From the NCBI GenBank assembly GCA_029838215.1, contig JALGVI010000050.1, forward strand, positions 1 through 21,872: a DNA stretch of 21,872 nucleotides. Reading direction: 5' to 3'. The notes under the pieces were generated by a model. The model searched no databases, was not told the DNA's origin, and saw only the letters and a list, made by a program, of their open reading frames with translations. This document shows positions 1 through 7,613 of this stretch, one piece after another (within the stretch, counting starts at the first letter, position 1; each line of letters begins with the position of its first letter). A program made the translations under genes and the position numbers. The stretch is from Candidatus Helarchaeota archaeon (GTDB taxonomy: Archaea > Asgardarchaeota > Lokiarchaeia > Helarchaeales > RDOG01).

Positions 1-1208
1 CAATCTTGGACAACAGATATGTTTTCTATGATTCTTTTTATTTCATGGAGGAGTTCTTCTTCCCTAACATCTTGATATGGCTCTGCGTGTATCAATATTT
101 CAAGATTCGAGATTTTCAGTTTATCTTGCAAGTATTTTTTCAATCGTGCTTCGATCTTGTCGGATATTGCGTGAACATAATCCAACGAACATCGTTTATC
201 AAGGACTGCGTGAAGGTCGAGAATGTAATGGTCTTCAGCGAACCCTAGATGAACGTGATGGCAATCCTTGACTTCAGGAAAATCCAAAACTTGCCGGCAA
301 ACATCCTCCTCGAAGGCTTCATCAAGAACATTTTTCGGTTCCACGTGAATCAACACGTCTGTTATTTCAGGAAATTCCTGTTTGACGGCAATTTCAATTT
401 TTTCGGTAATTTGATGTGATGCTTCAACCGATTGTAACGAAATCATGTCAATTCGTGCATCCATGAAGATGAATGGTCCGGAAGATCTCATTCGAATGGC
501 TTTCACACCTTCGACACCTTGCACGGACTTAATGATGACCTTAATTTTTTCAATGTTTACAGCTCTTGGTGTTTTATCCATCAGACCAGAAATGCATTTC
601 CTAATCAGTCCATAGCCTTCAAAAATCACGAATAATGAAATGATAATGGCAACGATTCCGTCAATCATGTTCAAACGCAAGAATAGAATGAAGTACAGGC
701 TCACCAGCACGATCACGTAATTCAAGATGTCGGTAAGTGAGTTCTTTGCGTTGGCTTCGAGGGCAACGGATCTTGTTTTTCCACTGACGTGGGATAGGTA
801 GCGATTTAAAAATATGTTGGAACCAATGCCAACGAACAAGATCAGAAAAGAAAGGACATTTAATGAAACATCAGCACCGAATATAAGCCTGACAACGGCT
901 TCAGAAATAATTATCCCGGCAGTGATGAATAATATCAGTGCTTGAATGGCTCCAGCCAGAAAGTCATATTTTCCGTGTCCATAATGATGTTCTTCATCCG
1001 CTGGCTTGGCAATTTGACGGATTCCCCAATAAGTTGCAAAAGCCGCAATGAGATCAAATCCCGAGTCTGCTGCCAGTGCAACGATACTCAGGCTGTTCGT
1101 GATAATGCCGATCACTAGTTTTAGAAGTAAGAGAGAAACGTGGAAAATTATGGAGATAATTGCCGCCATCATGCGTGATTTTTGATCATCATCAAGGCTT
1201 TTTTGCAT
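1..1208 (-). CDS. Cation diffusion facilitator (FieF/YiiP-like) metal transporter, 3' end truncated by the window edge, with at least 2 complete and 1 partial C-terminal cytoplasmic domains
   Basis: Not in the ORF track because it runs off the window. Manual translation from ATG at 1208 gives 402 open codons (MQKSLDDDQKSRMMAAIISIIFHVSLLLLKLVIGIITNSLSIVALAADSGFDLIAA...KPADEEHHYGHGKYDFLAG...DVLIHVEP). It has hydrophobic TM segments, the CDF PADxxHxYGHGK loop and a cytoplasmic domain ending IHVEP. Confidence 0.9.
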   Translation of the reverse strand, partial: MQKSLDDDQKSRMMAAIISIIFHVSLLLLKLVIGIITNSLSIVALAADSGFDLIAAFATYWGIRQIAKPADEEHHYGHGKYDFLAGAIQALILFITAGIIISEAVVRLIFGADVSLNVLSFLILFVGIGSNIFLNRYLSHVSGKTRSVALEANAKNSLTDILNYVIVLVSLYFILFLRLNMIDGIVAIIISLFVIFEGYGLIRKCISGLMDKTPRAVNIEKIKVIIKSVQGVEGVKAIRMRSSGPFIFMDARIDMISLQSVEASHQITEKIEIAVKQEFPEITDVLIHVEPKNVLDEAFEEDVCRQVLDFPEVKDCHHVHLGFAEDHYILDLHAVLDKRCSLDYVHAISDKIEARLKKYLQDKLKISNLEILIHAEPYQDVREEELLHEIKRIIENISVVQD

Positions 1209-1381
1209 GACTTGATTAAAGGATGGTCTCTTAAAAAGATTTAGGCACTGTTAGGAGAACCTAAATTTGAAAAAAACATGAAAATCAGGCATCGATCAAT
1301 CTAAAACGAAGATTCTTCTCGCATGATTAAACGGAAAATAAAAAAAATCCAAAAAGTCCGGAATTATCTTTTTTCTTTTTT

Positions 1382-2035
1382 TCAAGAGGCCATTGGTGAA
1401 AGATCAATAACATTTCCACATTTTCGACATTTTCCGTGTGTTAACACGTCATAAAACGATATTTTCTCGGGACACGTGGGATTGCTGCACGGAAATTTCA
1501 TCAACTTAAAGATATATTCAGGTCTTAATGGTCTTGAAGGCAATATTGGGTTTAATCGTAATTCTTTTTCAACAGTCAGACCGAACTTCTCCGCTAGTTT
1601 AATTATTTCAACATCGTCCTTACGAAACGTGAAGCTAATTTTCGTAACTTTTTTCTTAGAAAAATAATCCGACACCGTGTTTAAAAGGTTTATAGCGACG
1701 CCTCGTTTACGACTTTTTGGATGAACACCGATTCGCAGGATCTCTCCAATTATATCGTCTTTCTCTTTTATAATATCGGTAATTACAAAACCAACAAACT
1801 TATCACTTATTTTAGCAAGAAAAATTCCTTCAGGGTATTCCGCCAACTTCTCGATTTCAGCAAGAATCTTGGAATCCCTCTGGTAAATGTCAATCCATAA
1901 TCGCGATAATTCATTCGTGAAACTCTTGTTGAAATTCACGATTTCAAACCGTGCAATCGTTGGTGACGTCTGGATTTTCGGAAGCTCTTTTGGATTTTGA
2001 GATTCGACTTTTAAAAGAATAATGGGTTTTTTCAT
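1382..2035 (-). CDS. GNAT-family N-acetyltransferase with C-terminal Cys4 zinc-ribbon
   Basis: Acetyl-CoA-binding motif A IGVHPKSRKRGVAINLL preceded by FVGFV and EILRIGV strands; C-terminal C183-x4-C188...C203-x2-C206. Confidence 0.75.
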   Translation of the reverse strand: MKKPIILLKVESQNPKELPKIQTSPTIARFEIVNFNKSFTNELSRLWIDIYQRDSKILAEIEKLAEYPEGIFLAKISDKFVGFVITDIIKEKDDIIGEILRIGVHPKSRKRGVAINLLNTVSDYFSKKKVTKISFTFRKDDVEIIKLAEKFGLTVEKELRLNPILPSRPLRPEYIFKLMKFPCSNPTCPEKISFYDVLTHGKCRKCGNVIDLSPMAS

Positions 2036-2282
2036 ATTTGCTCACACATTGCGAATCGGTTATTGGTATAATCTACCATGGGAAACGATAAATGCATTGC
2101 ATAAAAAACATAAAGAAAGACTTAAAAATGGTTAATTTTGGCGACACCAGATGAAAAGTCATGCTTTTCTACTAACAAAAACATTATTCTTTATAAGTTT
2201 GAACATACTTGCATGAACATGTTTACTATTTTACAGATTCCTTTTCTCATATAATGGTTTAATGCACGGAGAATTAGAGAAA

Positions 2283-3611
2283 TCAGGTCAGTTTTTTGAA
2301 CATGTTGAGTATTTTATGCTTCAATAGCGGTCCCGCTAGGATACCCGAAAAGTTTGCAATCCCATAGACTTCATACCCACCGATATCCCGTTCATCAGGA
2401 GGATATACATATCCCACGATGTCGTTCGCAAGTTCCACGATAAAAGTGTGCTTGACAGGTGACTCTACAATGATCTCATTACCGAGTTCACTAAAAAGTT
2501 CAACGGGAACTCCAATTATTAGCACGTCATCATTAATCTTAATGAATTGGACTTCCGTTTCAATGGTCAAAGCACGTTCATGCCTTTGATAACTGAAAAA
2601 AGACAAGTTTGAGCGATTGTAAAAACGAAGAAAATTAAAAAGAACTTTTTTAATCAGGATGACGAGACGTTCGGTCATTGGAATCTTGGGATGAGTATAT
2701 GTCACGGGAATGACGAGTTTCTCGGTCATAATCTGAATTTTCTTGATTCTTTCGGTTTGGATCTCGTCGAGCACGCCCAAAATCATTTCTCCGAGTTTTT
2801 CGCCAATTCGCTTTGTATGTCCATAGTTAGCCAAGGCGTTGAAATTGGCATAGCTTCCACTCAAGTAGAAATCAAAATCGATTTCTTCATAAGAAATGTC
2901 CTGCGGAAATAAATTTGGATTGATGTCTCCGCAGGGACCGTTTAGATACATTGCAAAAACGCCGGGATGTTCTTTCTGAATTTTCCGGATTAGATATCCC
3001 GAATATTCTGCCGTGATTTGAAGGTTTGAAGGGTTTAATGTCGTTTCATGGCATCCCCAATTCGAAATGACACCTTGAATCGAGCCCTGCAAGTCGTCAA
3101 CTCGTAATATAGATAATTTATAATCGTGGCTTCTTAATGGATGCCTTCTATTGATTGCTAACCGTTCATTTACAGGTCCTTGCCAGATTCCCACTTTCCC
3201 GGGGCGTGCATTTTTTTTTGCCTGAATCGCAGATTGCACGATTTGCTTCTGCATTCGTTCGAACCACTTTACTTTTAGCGTTGGCTTCGTGAATCCTTTT
3301 AATCCCAGAAGTCCCAAAGTATCAGGACCTGAATGATTGTGCAAGGCACAAATCAAAATATTCTCGGGTTTTACACCAGTCATTCGATGGATGGCACGGC
3401 GCATCCTGTTCACGAAGGAAAGATAAAGACTGACTAGATCAGTTGCAATGATAAAGGCTTCCTTTTCACCATTGGAGAAATACCAAGCACGTGCAAAAAT
3501 ATCATCGTGTACTCCTGTTGAATATCGAATCATATATCCTCCTAGTGGAACACTATCTTCCCTAGGTGTTATTACAATTTCGGCGAATCCAACTGCGGAC
3601 TGCTCAGGCAT
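2283..3611 (-). CDS. Neutral/alkaline ceramidase-family Zn amidohydrolase
   Basis: Family motifs LGGY...GVHDDIFARA, ATDL, HNHSGP (HxHSGP), INRR, GCHETT, GPCGDINP, PVELF, GYVYP and GYE appear in the expected order. Confidence 0.8.
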   Translation of the reverse strand: MPEQSAVGFAEIVITPREDSVPLGGYMIRYSTGVHDDIFARAWYFSNGEKEAFIIATDLVSLYLSFVNRMRRAIHRMTGVKPENILICALHNHSGPDTLGLLGLKGFTKPTLKVKWFERMQKQIVQSAIQAKKNARPGKVGIWQGPVNERLAINRRHPLRSHDYKLSILRVDDLQGSIQGVISNWGCHETTLNPSNLQITAEYSGYLIRKIQKEHPGVFAMYLNGPCGDINPNLFPQDISYEEIDFDFYLSGSYANFNALANYGHTKRIGEKLGEMILGVLDEIQTERIKKIQIMTEKLVIPVTYTHPKIPMTERLVILIKKVLFNFLRFYNRSNLSFFSYQRHERALTIETEVQFIKINDDVLIIGVPVELFSELGNEIIVESPVKHTFIVELANDIVGYVYPPDERDIGGYEVYGIANFSGILAGPLLKHKILNMFKKLT

Positions 3612-3884
3612 TATTAAAAAAACTCCTAATTGAAGATCATTTCTTTAATACGAGTTAGAAAAAACTTGATAATAAATGAAATGGAGAATTTTCAACGTCT
3701 CATGATCGAGAAAAATGCATTGGTCCAACCGATTTTTCATAAACCCCGAGAACAATAGTTCGATGATGAAAGTATGTCTAAAAAACGACAATGCAGATTT
3801 ATTTATCATGAAGTTGATAATTTATATCCGATCCATCCTATCTTTTGACAAATATATTATAATTTCTGGAGGAAAAAGTTAAAA

Positions 3885-4604
3885 ATGTTTCAAAATCCTT
3901 TAATTCCATTATCTAATCCGCTTTTATTAGTCAATTTTATATTATGGTGCAGCAACACCATCCTTGCGTTTGTCGTGGTTTCCATTTGCTTTTACAAGGA
4001 TGTAAAAAGAGAAGATCTTGATGATATCGAAAAAAGAAATCTCCGCACGTGGAGTGCTTTTTTTCTGATTCTCATCACTGCTAACGTCTTGACACTAATT
4101 TGGCGTTTTCTTATGGCAGACTTTTTAATAATAAACATTTTAGAGAGAATATCAAATGTCTTAGTCATTAGTGCGAGTTTTATAAAAATAATTCATGTGG
4201 AAAAAGTCATAAACAAGATGAAATATTATAAGGGATATTATTTCACGATTATCTTAGCGATTGTCATTTTCATCCTTGCATTCATCGATCCTAATCTTTT
4301 GAAGGTCGTCAGCCCGTTTCAAACATTCTTCATCGCCATTAGTTTTGCTGGTTATTCGATATTTCCAATCATTTACTTCTACGTGAGCATAAAATCTTCC
4401 GATAACGAGCTTCGCTATAATGGATTAAAAGTTAGTGCTGGCGCAGTTTTCATCGGGTTGGGAGTTGTCATCAGACCACAAAACTTGATCGGATATGTAA
4501 ACATTCCGCCCGTATGTTATTTCATCGATTGGTTCTATATCACGGCACCAATATCAATAATTATTGGAATCATCTTGATCTATGATAGCTTTAGAAGGAT
4601 ATGA
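3885..4604 (+). CDS. Stand-alone polytopic membrane protein with about 7 predicted TM helices (possibly HisKA_7TM-like sensor module)
   Basis: The 239-aa ORF has seven hydrophobic stretches separated by short charged loops and no soluble output domain. The family assignment is inference. Confidence 0.7.
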   Translation: MFQNPLIPLSNPLLLVNFILWCSNTILAFVVVSICFYKDVKREDLDDIEKRNLRTWSAFFLILITANVLTLIWRFLMADFLIINILERISNVLVISASFIKIIHVEKVINKMKYYKGYYFTIILAIVIFILAFIDPNLLKVVSPFQTFFIAISFAGYSIFPIIYFYVSIKSSDNELRYNGLKVSAGAVFIGLGVVIRPQNLIGYVNIPPVCYFIDWFYITAPISIIIGIILIYDSFRRI

Positions 4605-4658
4605 GAACCGCGAAGAAAAGGCGTTCATTCTCATTTAAGTTTATTTCAAAGGAGTTTG

Positions 4659-4829
4659 TTAGATTTCACCAGCAAGCAATTTATCCCGGAATTCTTTTTC
4701 CTTTTTGGCTAAAGCTAATCTCGTGAAATTATTGATTTCCTCTAGCCATTTTAGCTTGTCTTCGGTAGAAAGTTTCATGTATTCCCTTATTTTCTCATCT
4801 TCCAGGGTATAATGAAAGCCTTTACTCAT
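4659..4829 (-). CDS. 56-aa small helical protein directly downstream of the nucleotidyltransferase (putative partner/antitoxin)
   Basis: Below the ORF-track cutoff. Manual translation: MSKGFHYTLEDEKIREYMKLSTEDKLKWLEEINNFTRLALAKKEKEFRDKLLAGEI*. The ATG lies 4 nt after the TAA of the upstream gene on the same strand. Confidence 0.75.
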   Translation of the reverse strand: MSKGFHYTLEDEKIREYMKLSTEDKLKWLEEINNFTRLALAKKEKEFRDKLLAGEI

Positions 4830-4833
4830 TTTC

Positions 4834-5325
4834 TTACTCGATCCATTTTTTTACTTTCTTTAATAGGTCTATATCACTTAAATCTTGTGCTCGACCAATT
4901 TCTTGTTTCATTTTTATTAAATCGTCTATTGAAACTAAAAAGATCTCGATATTTCCGACTTTTTTAACAGTTTTGCGACGAAATGCATCCGCAAAATCGA
5001 GGGAATGCACGATTAGGATATCAACCACTTTGTAGACATCAATCTTGTGATAGAAACTAAACGCCTTGAGATTTTTATCTCGTATCCATTCATTCAATAC
5101 ATTTTCATCCGCCATATCGTCAGGATTAACAGGTAATCGAGGTACATACCCTAATTTTTTTAGTACTCGATTCGTTTTAAATATATTTTCCTTATCCATC
5201 GAAATAATTAGATCGATATCTTGAGTGACTCTCGGAACTCCGTATAAATTCACGGCTAAACCGCCTATTACTAGGTATTTTATTCCATTTTCAAAGAAAG
5301 TTTCCATGATGTCAAAATAATACAT
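4834..5325 (-). CDS. Pol-beta-superfamily nucleotidyltransferase (DUF6036/AbiEii-like)
   Basis: YLVIGGLAVNLYGVPRVTQDIDLII (GG...T-x-DxD catalytic signature), VDILI third acidic residue and C-terminal SIDDLIKMK...GRAQDLSDI. Confidence 0.8.
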   Translation of the reverse strand: MYYFDIMETFFENGIKYLVIGGLAVNLYGVPRVTQDIDLIISMDKENIFKTNRVLKKLGYVPRLPVNPDDMADENVLNEWIRDKNLKAFSFYHKIDVYKVVDILIVHSLDFADAFRRKTVKKVGNIEIFLVSIDDLIKMKQEIGRAQDLSDIDLLKKVKKWIE

Positions 5326-5586
5326 CAGTCAAGTCTCCATGGAAAACGCATTCAAAATCATCTTGAAGTTTATTCGGTCTCAACTTCATATTTCTTGTTT
5401 ATTATAAAAATCGCTTCCTAATTCATGTTGTTTATTCTTTAGAATCATCGGATTCCAAAAAGGACATGAAAAAAGCCTTCAAAGCAAACGATTAGTTAAA
5501 AAAACATTTATATTTATCAAGCACGATTTTAAAATGAGAACGAGTTAAATTCGAATGGAATGATTTCCATTTAGGGGAACTTTTCC

Positions 5587-5826
5587 TTGTTTGACGAAAA
5601 AAAATTCTTTTTTGATACTGAAGATGATGATTTACGAAGAATCGCCAAAAGAATCACGGCACCAGACATATCAGAATATGTTCTGGTTCAGAGCACGGAA
5701 ATTGAAGATTTCAAGTGCGGGAATTGTGGAAAAACGATGTTCATGAACGTGTACTACAAATCGTCTCCACGAAAAACGTTAAAGAATATTAAATGTGGAA
5801 GCTGTGGCATCGAAACGTGGCGGTAA
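5587..5826 (+). CDS. 79-aa Zn-ribbon microprotein (two CxxC)
   Basis: TTG start preceded by a purine-rich AGGGGAA; FKCGNCGK...IKCGSCG knuckles; converges on the ligase gene. Confidence 0.65.
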   Translation: MFDEKKFFFDTEDDDLRRIAKRITAPDISEYVLVQSTEIEDFKCGNCGKTMFMNVYYKSSPRKTLKNIKCGSCGIETWR

Positions 5827-5844
5827 CGACCCGTAAACACGATT

Positions 5845-5862
5845 AGAAAAAAGAGAGAAGAG
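5845..5862 (-). terminator. Pyrimidine/oligo-U tract, candidate archaeal terminator of the acyl-CoA ligase gene
   Basis: The minus strand reads CTCTTCTCTCTTTTTTCT about 18 nt after the stop at 5880. Confidence 0.35.
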
Positions 5863-5879
5863 TAAGTAACGGTAGGCTC

Positions 5880-7478
5880 TTAATCGCCTTTTATTTCTTG
5901 AAATGATGCTCTATAATCCTTCTTGAGGACTTTTCCCGTGGAGGTTTTCTTGAGGATGCCTGCAAACTCGATGATACGCGGGCATTTATAATCAGCCAAA
6001 TTTTCTTCGCAGTATTTTTTGACTTCTTCTTCCGTGAGTCCTGAATCTTTTATCGGAACGATTATTGCCCGAACCGTTTCACCCATTTTTGGATGAGGAG
6101 CTCCAACAACGGTCACGTCGCTGATTTTTGGATGCTTGAAAAGAACTTCTTCTACATCGCGAGGAATGACATTTCGACCTCCAACAATTATCAGGTCTTT
6201 TTTGCGGTCCACGATGGATAAATATCCTTCTTCGTCAATGACACCGATGTCCCCGGTATAGTACCAAATGCCTTCTTCACCTTTCACGGGCTTTAGGACC
6301 TTTTTCGTTTGAGCTTCCATCTTATAATATCCGAGCATGACGCCAGGATTTTGAACGACCACCTCACCTCTTTGTCCGTTTGGCAGGATATTTCCCTCAT
6401 CATCAACTACTCGAATTTTACCGCCCGGAAATGGCAACCCGACCGTGCCGTATTTAATTTTTCCGTCCCACGGATTTAAGGCACCATACACGGAGTCTTC
6501 AGTCGTGCCAAAGCCTTCAGTTATTGGAATTTGGCGTCCATTCTTGTCGACAAAGACCTTTTTCATTCTGTCTATGAGACCAATTGGAAGTGGTGCGCCG
6601 CCCGATATCAATCCTTTCAAATTAGGACTGAAATTTCCGGCGAATTCTTGAATGTTGGGCTGTTCAAGCATTATGTGGTACATGGCAGGAACCGCCGCAA
6701 AAGCGCTAACTTCAGGATCGCAAAGAAGCTTCAGGCAGTCTTGCACGAGAAAGCCAGGAAGCATCTTTAACTTTGCGCCCGCATTTAGACAAGCATTCAT
6801 TACCGATAATCCAAAGATATGGTACATCGGTAAAACCAAAAGAGTGCTATCTGTTGATTCCATTTTAGTAGAGATCTTCTGTGCCAATCCGGCAAATACA
6901 TAATTTCGGTGCGTGTGGATGGTACCTTTTGGTGCTCCCGTCGTGCCCGACGTATAATTGAGTGAAGCCCACGAGTCAAGATCAAGGTCAACATTCAAGG
7001 GATCTGTTGACCCGGCTTCGAGAAAGTCCCAAAACATCTGCGAATCGGGAAGAGGTTTTTCACCAACCGTTATAACATGCTTTAAATGCGTCGATGTCTT
7101 TTGCGTTTTCTTAAGAGTTCGCTTTTGGTCATCGGCAAGAATTATGACCTTCAATTCAGCATGTTCTGCAATATTTGCAATTTCTTGCGGTTTCAGCATT
7201 TTAATGATGGGAGCAATCACGGCTCCTAATTGTTGACAAGCATAAAAAGAAATGACGAATTCAGGACCATTATTCAATACAATCCCAAGATGATCTCCTT
7301 TTTGAATACCCAAATTTTTTAATGCATTGGCAAATTTCAGGATTTTTTCGTGGAGATCCTTGTACGTATAAGTTTTGTCTCGGTACTCAATTGCCACGTT
7401 ATCGGGATAGTTGTCAACGGCTCTTTTCATTGCTTCATTGATGTTTTTCAAATCTGTTTTAATTTCTTCTTCTGTCAT
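5880..7478 (-). CDS. Long-chain-fatty-acid--CoA ligase (FadD-like class I adenylate-forming enzyme)
   Basis: YTSGTTGAPKG P-loop, LPMYHIFG, SGGAPL, EGFGTTE, YYTGDIG, IVDRKKDLIIVGGRNV and KTSTGKVLK motifs. Confidence 0.9.
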   Translation of the reverse strand: MTEEEIKTDLKNINEAMKRAVDNYPDNVAIEYRDKTYTYKDLHEKILKFANALKNLGIQKGDHLGIVLNNGPEFVISFYACQQLGAVIAPIIKMLKPQEIANIAEHAELKVIILADDQKRTLKKTQKTSTHLKHVITVGEKPLPDSQMFWDFLEAGSTDPLNVDLDLDSWASLNYTSGTTGAPKGTIHTHRNYVFAGLAQKISTKMESTDSTLLVLPMYHIFGLSVMNACLNAGAKLKMLPGFLVQDCLKLLCDPEVSAFAAVPAMYHIMLEQPNIQEFAGNFSPNLKGLISGGAPLPIGLIDRMKKVFVDKNGRQIPITEGFGTTEDSVYGALNPWDGKIKYGTVGLPFPGGKIRVVDDEGNILPNGQRGEVVVQNPGVMLGYYKMEAQTKKVLKPVKGEEGIWYYTGDIGVIDEEGYLSIVDRKKDLIIVGGRNVIPRDVEEVLFKHPKISDVTVVGAPHPKMGETVRAIIVPIKDSGLTEEEVKKYCEENLADYKCPRIIEFAGILKKTSTGKVLKKDYRASFQEIKGD

Positions 7479-7613
7479 TTACAAACTTCCCTGAAACGAG
7501 TTTCCATATGAATATATCATGACATATTGTCTAGAATGTGATTTTTTAAGAACTAAGTATTTAAACCTAATTGCGATCACCAATAACAACCCCCACATGA
7601 AGTAGATGATTAA

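Noticed and set aside
6-271. Plus-strand ORFs 6..248 and 77..271
   Set aside because: Antisense shadows of the CDF gene, whose minus-strand frame has clear family motifs.
3885-4604. Rhodopsin or GPCR call for the 7-TM protein
   Set aside because: There is no retinal-binding Lys in helix 7 and no GPCR signature motifs; helix count alone is insufficient.
5326-5586. Short ORFs in the intergenic region (e.g. 22 codons from ATG 5339) and a possible mobile-element boundary around the NTase pair
   Set aside because: No motif or coupling support; no flanking direct/inverted repeats, integrase or transposase seen.
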